Assembly (NCBI RefSeq): GCF_006345805.1
Contig: NC_043000.1
Span: 46,500,001 to 46,564,000, forward strand
DNA from: Octopus sinensis
Taxonomy: Eukaryota
Length of the DNA stretch: 64,000 nucleotides
Direction: 5' to 3'
The notes beneath the pieces are model-generated. The model did no database searches. It was not told the origin of the DNA and was given only the letters and a program-made list of their open reading frames with translations. Numbering within the stretch: position 1 is the stretch's first letter; every line of letters starts with the position of its first letter. Below are positions 12,141 to 26,075 of the stretch, piece by piece. A program made the position numbers and the translations under genes.

Positions 12141-12384
12141 AAGACATTTGTGCTTGTCACTTAATCATACCTTAACCTTTTAATACCTAGCATAAATCCA
12201 CCCACTTCTACCTTCCCTTCTCAAATAATGCAGACTTAATATTAGGATTTTCCCCTTTCTTGTATCCCTGTTCTTTTCTGGTCAAGATTTTAGGAAACTG
12301 GATCTATAGAATTGCATTGCATTTTTTAAAAAATAAATGTATATTATAAATATATGTATATAATAAGATATATGTATATAATAA

Positions 12385-12555
12385 AATGTGGAGGCACAAT
12401 GGCTAGGGCAGCAGACGCGTGGTCGGAGGATTGCAGTTTCGATTCCCAGACTGGGTGTTGTGTGTGTTTATTGTTCAAAAACACCTCCGGCAGAGGGTGG
12501 TGGCAACCCCTGTTGTATTCTTTCACCACAACTTTCTCTCACTCTCTCTTCCTGG
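12385..12555 (+). mobile_element. SINE family B, partial and internally deleted
   Basis: Homologous to the 5' part of the copies at 33620 and 51178. Confidence 0.75.
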
Positions 12556-12759
12556 GGGGGGGGAGCACATACGCCACAGAAACTGGGAAACCAGGCCCAT
12601 GAGGCCTGTCTAGGCTTCAAAAGTGTGAAGTTTATCATTTTTTTATGTAATAAAACAGCTTATGAAGGACAAGATATAACTTAAGATATACACAGAAATG
12701 GTTTTTCTTCAAAACTAAAATGATTTCTAAAAATTATACTGTAAAATTAGTAAAATTCT

Positions 12760-13600
12760 TAAAATTTCTACTCTGGCAACTTAATTCATTGATGATGTTT
12801 AGATTCTTATGAATTTGCATTTGAATGATTTTCTTGAGTGCTGAACATCAGAAGGATCATTAACCAAGTTCCAGCAATTGTTCACCATCGTATGCAAGTC
12901 CCATTTGTCTTGAAACCTTTGTTCCATCGATTTTATGTCCAGATGGAAGCATACTTCCTGTTCATCCCTTCTGTCACCAAGATTTTCAGGGAATTTACCA
13001 AGGTAAATTGTGGCAATAGTGCAGCTTTATGTTCATATTTTCTCCCAACTTTTGAAAGTTTCTAGCATGTTGTCGACTATTTCAGCATAGTTGACTGCTT
13101 TCTTGTTGCCTAGAAAGTCATTTACGACTGTTATGAATGAGTTCCTTGCTGCTGATTCAATGATGTTTATTGAATATACAAAGTTCCCATCTTTCATCAA
13201 TTTTCTGATTTGAGACCCCATCAAATACTCCACATTTTATCTTTCCATCATTTAAACCAGGGCATGTGTGCATCTTTATCCAGAGCTTTAAAAAACTGCT
13301 TCATAATGCTAAGTTTGATATATGGAGGTAACATAGTTTTTCCCAATTGAACAAAAAGCTCTCCAACCACATTAAAAGACCCTGGAAATAATGTTCGCCC
13401 AGTGTTTTCCTCTAGCTCTTCTGTCCCATATGCATAAAAAGAATGGAAATTTCGCTTGTAAACATTGCCTTTTACTGAAAAATGAGGAAAATTGTGACAA
13501 TTGGAGGATTTGGGTATCATGAAATCTAGATGTGATGATAAATAATTGCTTCAGCACATCAAAAACCCTTCAAATCATGTAAAAACGTCCAGAGAACAAA
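12760..13600 (-). mobile_element. Chapaev3-like (CMC superfamily) transposon deletion derivative
   Basis: Broken frames KFPFFLCIWDRRAR.KHW, LPPYIKLSIMKQFFKALDK, GSQIRKLMKD, VVNDFLGNKKAVNY and FPENLGDRRDEQEVCFHLDIKSMEQRF match the C-terminal half of a transposase family I recall as Chapaev3. Boundaries are approximate. Confidence 0.6.
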
Positions 13601-16250
13601 ACACCTCTTGAGTTGTCTAATCATTTCTAGCATGTACTGGTAACCACAAATTTTAGGTGTGGACTGCACTCAATGTAATCAACCCAAGTGCAGTACTTGA
13701 CCGGTTCGTATTTAAAACAACAGGAACAATAATAATATGTATCTATAGTTATCATTGTTCTGATAGCGGTTTACCTTTAAGTCAATCAAAATTCTTAATA
13801 TAAATTCCTTTTCAATCATTCAAAAGCTGTGTTTAAAGAAAACTGTTTTCTCACCCCAACATATAAAGCTAAGTTTTTCATTCAATCTGACGTTAATGAA
13901 GTAAGTTATATTTGTTAAAACTTTAGAGCTTAAAGAGAAATTTGATATACATTTAATAAAGTCACTTCTTATCATATAAACCAATGAGGGAGTTTCCATG
14001 TGGATTCAGAAATAGCATATGAATTTCCTTCAAATTTCCCCCTGTCATCTTAAAAAAGGAACACATTGGATAATGTGACCCTACGTTCATTGTACCTATG
14101 GAAATATGGGATGGTCGCAGCTGTGACGATTTTGATCACAAGTCTGCTTGTTTATAACTAACTTGAAGCAAACAGCAATCTGATAATATGACAGATGGAA
14201 ATAAATGTTCATATAATAGGGAAGAATTGAATGAAGATTTCTTCTTAGCCATAGAGAACATTGTGTTTCTCTAATGATCTATTTATTTTTGCAGCTGTTG
14301 CAACTCAAATAGATCTTCATAATACAGAATTAGATTGCAGATTATCTCCGTACTGAATAATTAAATGAGACATATACAAAATAGTTTTTGAAGCAACGTG
14401 ATTATCAAATAAATAAAGAAAGAATTATATAATATAAAAATCCCTTGGCCTTCAAAGACAACACTAAAATTATCTCGGTGAGAGCTAACTTTAATTAGAT
14501 GGAGAGTTCTAGATAATTAACAGTATGATCTAACATTGTACTTTCTTGTTTGCAAAATATCTTGCTACACAAAGCCAGTATTTTCACAAACTATTTATAA
14601 ATTAATACTTCTACTAACTGTGACAAAATTTATTTTAAAACACTAAGAACGAATTATTGATTCTGATTTGAACTATAAATGACTTCAGACCTGAAAACTA
14701 AAATGTCATGATTAAATTCTATGCAATGATATTTCAATTAAAATACACAATAGATGGTTGCTAGAATTAGCCCAAGTCTACAGAAAAGACGTAGCTACAT
14801 AATTGAAACTGGCGTGAAGATTTATCATTATAACACTACATTCTCTTGTCTCTTTTGTAGATCCACAACCTATATCCGTTGGCATTTTATCAGGAACCAT
14901 TCAACAGATTCTTTGAAGTTTTGAAAGGAAATTCTCATTTTTACCAACAAATATAAAAAAAATATTAACATAAAAAAACAATGGCAATGTAATGCACTAC
15001 ATCAGTAACAACCCATATTCAACAAGCATTTCAGTTCAATAGTTTGTTAATTATTGATTATAATCAGTTACCTAAATGAGTATGTCTTTGATAAGATGTT
15101 GTATTAGGAATATTGAATTTAGTATAATAAATAAAACACAATAACACTACAAAATCAATTTTTTATTGACTGACTTATTGTTTGACAATGATGTTGGTGT
15201 TTGTAGCCCAAGAGATGTTGCAAACAATAAATGTTCATCTCTGAGGCTTCATTAATATCTGGATTTGGTTTAACAGCTGAGGATGACTGTCCAGAGAATA
15301 TGATTTTATTGTGATGGTCACCATGATCACATGGTGACCAAATTCTGTCACTACCAACCTAGTATTCACAGGCATATTATTTACCAACGGTATCTCTGAG
15401 TATGTTTAAATAGTCCACATAAATTTTCTTTTTATCCATAAGTTAGAAAAAGTGCAAATTAGTATCAATAGAACATAAATATGATGAGGAGTAACTTCAG
15501 TATTGTAGTGTTAGGTTATTAGCTTGATTTGAGAAAGTTCCATTCCACACATTTGTTAAATGCATCTAAGTGAAAGCAGCCCTCATCAATGGGAGATGTC
15601 AAGTTGCAAAATGGAAGAGCTATAGTGTTGAAGAAGCCTTTTCTGATTTTCCTTCATCATTAGATGAGGTAGATGATAACAATGATGATACTCTAGATGG
15701 CACAGAAAAGGTGGTGCTTCAACTAGCTCTGAATTGGAAGAGTGCACTGATTGTTTCCCCCATTTGTACATTCGTTTGATAACAAAAATGCAAGAATCTC
15801 AAGAAAAATGTATACTCACTGCAGATACAAAGCAAAGAGAATACTTTATGTCGCTTTTTGATAATGAGATTGTAAATTTTCACAGTCTTTGTACTTATTT
15901 AAAACAGGAATAAGTTTAAAAATTACCCTTAAGAAAAAAAGATTTCTTTTTGTTTTTGTCTTGACACATGCATTCGTGCAACCCTTTCCAACTGTTAAAG
16001 CAGTGTTTTCCAAACTCTTCTGGTTAATGACATACTTTTTAAACATACGTAATTTAGAAACACACCAATTAAGTTTTATGCAGACCGAACATTAATTATT
16101 TGAATATAATCTATCATGGCTATAAGATGCTGATGCATAAATTAATTTTTATAGCACAACATATTGAGAAAACCTTTCATTTATATTTCATAAATATATA
16201 ATTTGTAAGCAAAATAAAATACATCTTCAAGAGAAATGTGAGTCATCATT

Positions 16251-16659
16251 TATTACTCTTTTACTCTTTTACTTGTTTCAGTCATTTGACTGTGGCCATG
16301 CTGGAGCACCGCCTTTAGTCGAGCAAATCGACCCCGGGACTTATTCTTTGTAAGGCCAGTACTTATTCTATCGGTCTCTTTTGCCGAACCGCTAAGTGAC
16401 TGGGACATAAACACACCAGCATCGGTTGTCAAGCAATGCTAGGGGGATAAACACAAACACACAAACACACATACATATATATATATACATATATACGACA
16501 GGCTTCTTTCAGTTTCTGTCTACCAAATCCACTCACACAGCATTGGTCGGCCCGGGGCTATAGCAGAAGACACTTGCCCAAGATGCCACACAGTGGGACT
16601 GAACCCGGAACCATGTGGTTGGTTAGCAAGCTACTTACTACACAGCCACTCCTGCGCCT
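16251..16659 (-). mobile_element. SINE family A, full length, inserted in the hAT element
   Basis: tRNA-like head, CORE-like block, central TA/TG microsatellite and (aaagagt)n tail. Confidence 0.9.
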
Positions 16660-16723
16660 ATTGATTATAATCTGTAAATATGTGCCAGGATTAATAAAAA
16701 AATAACTTTTATAACTTACTATT

Positions 16724-18435
16724 TCAGTAAGATACATGAGCTTGATGGGAAGGACAGAGACTTTGGATATTAGGTGGAATAGTAAATAATGACACTTGCA
16801 GTTCACCATCTAGCGTTTTCAATTTTCCATGTTTTGCTGTCTTTAACATTGTTGAGAAAGATGCTTCACAAATGTATGTAGTAGAAAACTGCAAAAGAGC
16901 TTGAAAAACTTTTTTAGCTAGGTTTGGATGCTTCTTTGAAACATTAATCCAAATGTTCTGTAAGTTCCCCTCTTCATAAATCAATAACAGACACCGATCG
17001 TTCTTGATTTCAACTAGTTCTTCTTTTTTGGTAAATGGAAAATCAATCGTTGCAGTTGCAAGAAATGGATTTCTGATCCAATCATAGTTTTGGATTTCAA
17101 TATTTGGAAAATAATAATCGAGTTTTTTTCTAAGCAATGTTAAATGGTCAACAATTAATGTGCTGATCTCACAAGTTTTGGAAAATTTTTCAAAATTTTC
17201 TTCTTTTACTTTGCATTTCTAAATTGTTATCTTGACTCTCATTGCGCAAATTTTATCAACCGATATTAAGATATTTTCTGCTTTTCCCTGCATACCTGTA
17301 TTAATTTTATTCAATGTTTGAATATGTCTGAAAGATATGCCAATTTGGTGCAATAAAGTTCGTCTTGAATTAGATCGTGGAATTCATACAGTTGATTTTC
17401 TTCAAAACGTTTAAGCATCGTTTTTCTCAAATTGTATACAAGGCAATGCACACAACCTTTTGAAAGCCAACAAACCTCTGTGTGAAGTAGACATTTCTTG
17501 AATCTTGCTCCCATTTCTTCACAAATATGAACAAATAATCTTGATTTAAGAGGTCTACGTTTGATGCGATTGACCATTTGAACCACTTCGTTTATAACAC
17601 TTTGTAAATCATTCCCAACAGTTTGTGCAATAAGTGCTTTGTGATGCAAAAAACAATGAATAATTAAATTTACATGCTTTTTTTTTTTTTGCTAAAAAGT
17701 TGTAAAACCTTTTACTGACTCTACCATTGAGAGTGCATCATCTGTACATATTCCTACACAGTTTAACCATAACAGATTATTTTTCTTCATCAAAAATATT
17801 TAAAGCTTGAAAACTGTCTTCACCTCTAGTTCTCAATGGAAGTTCTAGACAACACAAGAATTGCTCAATAATTCTGTCATTATAAATGAAAGGTATAAAT
17901 ACCATCAATTGTGCTAACCCACTGATATCTGTTGATTCGTCTAACTGCAATGCAAACATGTTATTGTCTTGAGAAATACCCTTCATTTGCAGCTTAATGT
18001 CATTAGATATATCTTGAATTCGTCTTCCAATTGTGTTATCAGCCAGAGGAATTTTATTAACTTCTATCTCAAATTCGAGTCCAAACATTGTTCGAACAAT
18101 AACCCAAAATTCCTTTATAGTACTTTCTGCAAATTTCTCTGCCTAGTGCTGAAATGAAAACTTTGTTTCGTACCATATTTTTGTTTGCAATTATATCCCC
18201 ACAAACTAAACACAAAGGATTATCTTTATTTTCATTTCCAGAAAATGTGAGGCACAGATTTATATAATCTTTGTTGTATAAATGAGGCTTAAAAAGTTTT
18301 CTGTGCCCTTCTCACTAACTGATATAGGTTGTTCAATAGTTGTCTGAGTGGTTTCCTTTATAGCTGTTAAATTTTGTTCACTGGAAATGTCATCTTTTGC
18401 AACTCTTCTTTTCTTAATTAAAAACTTATCTATTT
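16724..18435 (-). pseudogene. Disrupted Buster-type hAT transposase (ZBED5/ZBED8/SCAND3-like)
   Basis: BED-finger start NPLCLVCGDIIAN. Catalytic-region motifs FALQLDESTDISG, CTDDALSM and FSTTYICEASFS. Multiple frameshifts and stops. Confidence 0.88.
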
Positions 18436-19730
18436 TATGGGTAATTTAATTACAATTCATGAATAAAACTAAGCTGATTTATTATAAAGTTATGATAACT
18501 AAACATGTAATTAATATCACCAGCACTAAGCACAATAAAATTAGAAATGGCACATTGCACTTAATTAGTAAACCCGGTTCCTAAGGCTAAGCCTACGAAA
18601 CTGATGAACAAGGGGCAAGTGTGGAATGAGTTTAATGTGATTTCATAATTATTAGTTTATCTAACTTTAGGCAATTTAAAGCAGTCCCAGTGCGTTTCAC
18701 TCACTAAAACGGGTGCAAATTTTTAATTGATTTTTAATTTACTTCAGACAAGAGAATAGCACTAGCAATATGTTAATTCTTTTACACTGAATAGAATACA
18801 ATGAAAATGGGCATTTTATAATGAAGATTACTTGAGCCTTTTTACCATTTTGTTTTTAATCTGGCCTCCAAACATTAAGTGGGAAATGATAGCCGGAAGG
18901 TACATGCATTGACATGTTCACTATGCCAACAAACAGATTCTAAAAAGCTGAAACAAATTGATATTGGGTATTTTATATACTGGTTTCCCATACGTTTGTG
19001 ACACACCTATTCCTTGCTGGTGATACACTAATGTGTCACAACACACAGTTTGGAAAACACTGTGTAAAAGGATTAATGCTTGACCTGGAACAAAATTTAA
19101 ACAACGTTGATTGAAATTCTTAACTTTGATTTCGAAGATGATTATAGATGACTTCAATATCCAGACAGGGTGTCTCTGCAATTTCCTGCTTACAAGAATG
19201 TACAAAAGGGAGATCACATTGAAGGAAGTGTACAATTGCAAGTAATGTGCCTATTATTATTGCATAACTTATGTGAGATTTGATCACATCAAACCATGAC
19301 ACATTAGAAACTCTCAGGACCAAATGTGATCCCTGTACGTAATGACTCAGGTATACCATATTGTTGACACAGAGAATTGTCCTAAAGGATGTCATAAGGT
19401 AGTCTGGGTGTTTTGGTTTATTCTTACAGTTTTCTTCCTCACTATTGATAACATCTGTTTGAGGCTACTATACAAGAGGCCTACAATTATTGTTAAGCCT
19501 CAGATCAGCCCTAATCAAACAGGCCTGCCACAGGTAATTATAAAAACTTAATACCTAGTTGAGGTAAAACTAACATCTAATATGAAATAAGTCAAGAAAG
19601 GAAAAGTTTTTAAACTATGAATGCAGAAAGGCTCAACAGAAGTAATTGATAGCGTTTATTACCAAAGGTAATTCAATTAGAGCAAGAAATGTTCAGAGGC
19701 CTGTTACCTATACTGAAAAGGAATTTTCTC

Positions 19731-19962
19731 ATTTCTTTATTGCCCACAAGAAGCTAAGCACAGAGGGGACAAACAAGGACAGACAAAGGGATTAAGTCGA
19801 TTAGATCGACCCCTGTACGTAACTGGTACTTAATTTATCGACCCCGAAAGGATGAAAGGCAAAGTCGACCTCGGCGGAATTTGAACTCAGTACGTAACGG
19901 CAGGCAAAATACCTCTAAGCATTTCACCTGGCATGCTAACGTTTTGGCCAGCTTGCTGCCTT
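19731..19962 (-). mobile_element. SINE family C (tRNA head, Meta-like central domain)
   Basis: B box gagttcaaattcc followed by gtcgactttgcctttcatcctttcggggtcgataaattaagtaccag. Homologous copies lie at 28850, 31055 and 56795. Confidence 0.8.
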
Positions 19963-20039
19963 GAATGGATTTTCTCATTTTCTGCTGAAAAGGAGTTTCT
20001 CATCAAGTGAATGGTAGATTATATGATGCTTGAGAATAT

Positions 20040-20460
20040 AAGGAAATGACATATGGTAGTGAGATGTGAGCACTGAATACAGAGAATATGTGATGGTTGG
20101 AAGTAAATGAAATGAAACAAACATTCTACATTGAATTTGTAATGCTATGTGCATGAGTGATGAAGCACAGCTTAGGTGAGAGACAAATTAAGAATCAGCG
20201 GAATCAAATGAAGTGCTCAATTAAGAAGGCATCTATGTAAAGAAGTGCTAGGCGATGCAAGTGGAAGGAAACTGGAGAAGACAAAGAGACCAAGAAAGAC
20301 ATGAACAAAAGTGGTTAAAGGTGATCTCAATATGCTGAACCTCTGAAAGGATATGAGAAAGGAATGCAACAAGTGGAAGCATACTGTGTTGAAGAGGACT
20401 TATGCAACCTATACAAGCATTCAAAAGCTGATCTAAAAATGCTGACCATGATCATAATGA
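20040..20460 (+). mobile_element. Decayed RTE LINE 3' end
   Basis: Resembles the RTE end at 10502-11233 (gaccaagaaagacatg...gtggttaaaggtgatctc) and has a decayed ATG tail. Confidence 0.4.
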
Positions 20461-21656
20461 AATCAAATTAACTTATTGGTCAATTGCTTAAAAACAACAT
20501 AAAGAGTAATGCAGTAAAATATGAATGAAGAATTAAAAAAAGTTAAGTTGTATACGATTTTTAATTTTCTAACAAATTTCATATGTATCTGCTACAGAGT
20601 AGGGAGAAATTAATTTTATATTGAGTGTTTGTTTTTTTTTGTTTTTTTCAGAGGAATATATCTGTACTGAAATTACTCTATTAATTCCATTTTGTAATTC
20701 AGATGGAACTCCAATACTTAGTAGATCCAATCCATTTTGTAATTAACAGTACCACCTGGCTTTTCAATAGCATTTTTTCAAAATAATGTTGTTGCAAGCA
20801 TTTAGACTATATTTTGGTTTATTTTGGTCTCAGGATAATTCATTATCTATGTACACTTCATTCTTCTTCTTGTAATAACCTATGTGTTTTGGCTTCTTCC
20901 TTTACCCTTCCATCTTTACCAGAAGCTCAGTAAAAAGGTCATAGGTGTTGCCTTCTTCTGTCTAAGACCTTTAAACTGCATTAGGGATAAGGCATGAATA
21001 TCATAACTCTCCACATAATACTTCTAAAACTGTAACTTCTTGTCTGTATGCATACTCTATAACAACATCGTTAAATTATTTTTGTTATCAGTCTATTTTA
21101 ATATGTTCACAAAAATGATCCAATTTTAGATTATCTACTGCAGCAACTCATAAAATGTCGCCCACAGTAATCAAATGTACTTATAGTAGTTTTATGTTTT
21201 CCAGAAAATTGAGCACAAACCCCCCACCTTTCTCTCACTGTCCCTATCAAAGCTTGAAAAGGATGTAGAAGACAGACAATATTAGTAAATGTTTTACTTT
21301 TTTTTGTTGCAGAAGTTTTATAGTTTTGTGGTAAGACCTCATGTGATGTGTTACATAGTAACTTGAAAAACTTTTGTTAAGACTGTCTATGTATTATTCG
21401 TAGATAAAAAAAGAAACAAAAACTTTGAGGAGTGTTTAAAAATCTAAAAGCAATCAAGAGTGATGATTTTGATATTATTTCAGTGAAATTTTCAGAAAAT
21501 ATATAAAATGCAATAGTGGTACTGGTTCCAGTCTATAAGGTATTTGGTGAAAGTAGCAGACATGTTTTGGTTTTATTAGGTCCCTGCAGTAAAACATGTT
21601 TTCAGTTGGCGAGACAAAGAATGATCAAAATATACACCAACACACATACGTATATA

Positions 21657-21815
21657 TGTGGCTGTGTGGTAAGAAGTTTTCTTCCCAACAATATGGTCCC
21701 AGGTTCCGTCCTACTGTATAATACCTTGGGCAGATACCTTCTTCTATAACCACAGACCAACCAAAGCTTTGTGAGTGAATTTGGATTATGAAAAATGATA
21801 GAAGTCTGTTGTGTG
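21657..21815 (+). mobile_element. SINE family A, decayed 5' half
   Basis: tggctgtgtggtaag...accttgggcag...ccaaagctttgtgagt. Confidence 0.7.
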
Positions 21816-23692
21816 TGTATGTACGTATTTTTATGTACATATATGTACAAATATGTATGTATGTATGCATGCAGAATTCACTATAATAATGTAAGTTGAT
21901 AGTTCTGTAATTCAAACAATCTGAATACTGATTGTCGAAGGATGCATTTACTTTTAAAAAAAAAATTATAAAACAATTTCAAAATACTTACACATGATAT
22001 AATATCATTAATTAATCTATGCAATTTCAAATTTATTTTTCTCATAAACTTGGTTATTGGTATACTAATGTTTCTAAGATATTAAAACTTTTTTTAAAAA
22101 AATTTACTTCATTAAAGTTGATGACAAAATTATTGCAAATTGTAATATATAAACAGACTAAGCAGAGAATAAATATATTATTATTATTATTATTGTTGTT
22201 GTTATTGTTACTATTGTTACTATTATTATTATTGTTGTACAAGAATTTAAAATTTAATAAGTTATAAGAGAGAGACAGAAAGAAAATAAAAAACTAGTTT
22301 TGAAAGATTGTAGGCAAATCTTAACATGTAATAACCTCACCAAAAATGAATTCAAAATTTTACATTCTAATTAAAATAGCAAACAAAAAAAAATATGAAA
22401 ATAGAAAAGGAGAAAAAAAATGAAGTTTTACTAATAAATGACAAAATGTCTTAAGTAATAAAATAGCAATCTCACAAAATTAGCATAATAATAGTTGCAA
22501 ATTTGTCTAAGTTAATAAAATACTTTAACATATTTACCATTATAATAAATGTTATAGATTTAGTCACCTTAATGAATTTTTAAAATGATGATTATCATAT
22601 TGTTATTATGTTTAATTTTTTTGCTTAGTTCAATCATTGGACAGCAGCCTTGCAAGAGCATTGCCTTGAAAAGTTAGGTAGAGCAGATCAAATCCAGTGT
22701 AAATTTCAAGTCTAGTAATTATTCTACCTCTTTAGGACAAACACCTAAATTATGGGACATAAACAAACTAACACCAGTTGTCAAGTAGTAATTGAGGAGA
22801 ATAAACCCAGACACATGCACACAAATATATATATGACAGGTATTTAAACACCTATCGAGGGTTTTTTGTTAACTTATTAACGGGACAAATTTGTTAACAA
22901 ATAATACATTGTATGAAAACTGACTAAATAACTTTACTACAAAACAATAAAAATTTGCAACAAGGGAAAATAAAACACTTCTATTACTGTCTTTCTTCTA
23001 AAGCCTTCCCATCCTTTGGTAGAGAGGGAAAAGAGTGATGTATTGTGCTCAAGTTTCTTGTTAACATGCAACTACTAAAACTATTAAATAAATATTTGAT
23101 TACTGGGGCAAAATTTTACAGGGTGAAAGCAGTGTATCATTCTGCCCTGTTGCTCCCAGTAACAAATCTATAGCAGTCAAACTAAGGGCAGCTGTAACAA
23201 CAACTACAAAATCAACATAATATCTCTCTACTCATAGAATGTCATAGAAACAAGTCCCCCACCACTTTCACTTTACCAACAACATTGAATGATACAATTA
23301 AACCATCAGGTGTCGAAGTAGCCTCAGCAGACACAAGAACAACTGAATGGGTGATTGTCGAACAGCCCAATCAAAGGAAAAGTGGACAGATTGGTAAATA
23401 TACTTGCTTTATCTGCAAATCCAAAAAGTTTGTGAGCACTTCAATCAGAAAAAGATGCAACTAGAAAAAGATGCAACCAGAAAAAGATGCGACTTTTGGC
23501 GTCAACAAGAACAAGAAGTTTCTTCGGGAGGACTTTCAGATTGGATACTATGGACCAAATAAGCTTGCCACGAAAGTGCAATAGTGAAGTATTACCTATT
23601 TGAGAAAAGTTCTTCTAGTATGGAAGTGCTAATAGCAGAACCTGTCCTAGATGCATGCATGAGAATTAAATGTTCCTGTACATCATGGTGCA

Positions 23693-25163
23693 ATTCTGTA
23701 GTGAAGGAGAGAACACAACTCTCATTTATTTCCCTTTCTCTCTGGTAGAGTCTGCCACAAATGAAAGGCAAAAATTGATCTCAGCAGAATATCAACCCAA
23801 AAAATAAAGATGGATGAAATTCCACTAAGCATCTTGTCTGGTATGCTAATGATGCTGCTAGCTTGTTAGTTTAATAATAATAATAATAATAGTACTCTGA
23901 TGCAGTACCAGGCAACGGCTCTCATGGTTTCATATCTTAATAGATTGGAAGTGTTATTATGTACATTGGTATAAAAGATGGGCTACAACAAATATTCTGC
24001 TCAATAACATAGATTTGCTTGTCAGTTGTTTGGCCTTAACCAGCTGAGCATGTCCCTTTGCGACTGACGATATGTGCATCTCTGATCACAAGTAGAAATA
24101 TCTGGGGAGTAGCATAGCCATGTGGTGTTGAGAGGAATTCTTTAAGGCTGGATAATTTACTCTGGAAACATGGGTGTTTTGTTTAAGATCCTCAAACAAC
24201 CCTTATTCAGGGGCCTTTTGAGCAAGATGGGCTACATGACCTGAAGAAAATTCTAACTGGACCCTACCTGCTAGGTCATGTACTGTTTATCTTGGTATGA
24301 GCTACTTGTGGGCTTATGTAAAGAAGCTGCAGTCACATAAAGAAAGAATTTGGCTGTCTACTGAGCCCATAACGAAGATCAACATACCACCTTACTTTGA
24401 AGGAAAAGGAAGACGAATCTTTCTCTGCTTGGTGGCTGTAATGAAAGAAGTTGTGTGAGGAACTAATGTGAAAAGTTTAAAGATAAGTGCTTTCCTATCT
24501 GATCAAGATCTCATCAACTTCTTTGTGCACCATTTGAAGCAGAAAATGAGTGTAGAGAAGACACTGCCTTCTAGTGTGTTTATCGAAAGGGAATTTGAAT
24601 GGACCTTCCCTGAGTATGAATTTCTAAGCAGGAGGAAAGAAACTGGAAGAGGGTACTTTTGATACTTTACAGAGGCAGAATAATCTGGATATTATTGTTT
24701 GGTGTCTCCCCTGAATTTTTCGAGTTGGACTGCCCTGTTATTGGAGATTTTATTTATTCATTTATTTCTGCATTCTATTTTCATATCCTTTGTTATATCC
24801 TTATTGCTATCCAGGTCATGTAGCCCATCTCGCTCAAAAGGCCCCTGAATAAGGGTTGTTTGAGGATCTTAAACAAAACACCCATGTTTCCAGAGTAAAT
24901 TATCCAGCCTTAAAGAATTCCTCTCAACACCACATGGCTATGCTACTCCCCAGATATTTCTACTTGTGATCAGAGATGCACATATCGTCAGTCGCAAAGG
25001 GACATGCTCAGCTGGTTAAGGCCAAACAACTGACAAGCAAATCTATGCTATTGAGCAGAATATTTGTTGTAGCCCATCTTTTATACCAATGTACATGATA
25101 ATACTTCCAATCTGTTAAGATATGAAGCCATGAGAGCCATTGCCTGGTACTGCATCAGAGTAC

Positions 25164-25196
<33 letters not shown>

Positions 25197-25374
25197 ACTA
25201 ACAATCTAGCAGCTTCATTAGCATACCAGACAAGATGCTTAGTGGAATTTCATCCATCTTTATTTTTTGGGTTGATATTCTGCTGAGATCAATTTTTGCC
25301 TTTCATTTGTGGTAGACTCTACCAGAGAGAATTGGAAATAAATGAGAGTTGTGTTCCCTCCTTCACTACAGAAT
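23693..25374. repeat. ~550-bp inverted duplication with a 568-bp spacer
   Basis: 23693-24243 is the reverse complement of 24812-25374, with about 13 substitutions counted by eye and a different (ATT)n length. Confidence 0.95.
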
Positions 25375-25499
25375 ATTGTGAGATATATAGCAACATCCAG
25401 TAGGATTGCCAACAGGTGATATTATCACTGGCCAACTATAAAAAGCAATGTACCGTGCAATTCTCTCTCTTTGCTTGGCTCTCTTTGGCACTTTCTCTC

Positions 25500-25745
25500 T
25501 TGTGCTTGGCTTTTCACCTATCTCCTCAGACTGTCAAAAGGGAGCTCGCTAAATTATCATTATTCGCACACCCCAAATCTGATGCAAAGTTTCTGCTTGT
25601 TGTTGATTCAGCTGTTGGTGTTGTCTTACAGCAATCTCTTCAAGGAAATCTGCAGTCTTTAGCATTCTATTCTTGCTGGCTCAAGCAAGCTGAGACATGC
25701 TATAGCACTTTCAGAAGAGAACTGTTAGCGATTTACCTTACTGAG
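25500..25745 (+). mobile_element. Ty3/Gypsy pol RNase H-like fragment
   Basis: LFAHPKSDAKFLLVVDSAVGVVLQQ...LAFYS...AETCYSTFRRELLAIYL matches the Gypsy RNase H motif (DAS..AVGAVLQQ...YS.F.RELLA). Confidence 0.75.
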
Positions 25746-26075
25746 TTTGCAAATTGTAAATTCAAGTACCTGCCTTTGTCAACTTCTGTCTGAGATATGT
25801 ATTGTTTCTTCTGATTCACCTCATCTTTTCATTCCTGAATCTCATCATTGGATCAAAATACAGGTACTTTGAAAATACAGGTATTGCTCATTTTGCCAGC
25901 TGAGTAGACTGGAGCAATGTGAAATCAAGTGTCTTGCTCGAGCACAAAACATGTCACCAGGAATTGAATTCACAACCGTAAGATCATTGGCCAAATGCCC
26001 TAAACACTAAGCTGTGCACCTTCTCTTGTTTTTGATGTGCAACATTACAAAAATCACAACAACCTCAAATCTCAA

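Larger units (their letters stand above)
16001..19062 (-). mobile_element. hAT transposon, Buster/Charlie group, both ends retained
   Basis: Perfect 16-bp TIR cagtgttttccaaact (16001-16 and 19047-62). 8-bp TSD tgttaaag/tgtaaaag with the central TA typical of Buster targets. Confidence 0.92.

Noticed and set aside
13827-14960. Exon-like pieces on the plus strand (13827-13900 AVFKENCFLTPTYKAKFFIQSDVNE with a GTAAGT donor; acceptors near 14295 and 14863)
   Set aside because: There is no recognisable homology, and such short open frames are expected by chance. A host gene cannot be excluded but is unsupported.
15570-19400. Possible minus-strand exons around and interrupted by the hAT insertion
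   Set aside because: The reconstructed 88-nt exon splices into a stop codon, and the neighbouring frames contain stops. No consistent gene model results.
22975-23640. Coding-looking stretch with TCFICKSKK and a 16-bp x3 tandem repeat (23447-23494)
   Set aside because: There is no complete zinc-knuckle spacing and the frames are broken. I could not assign it.
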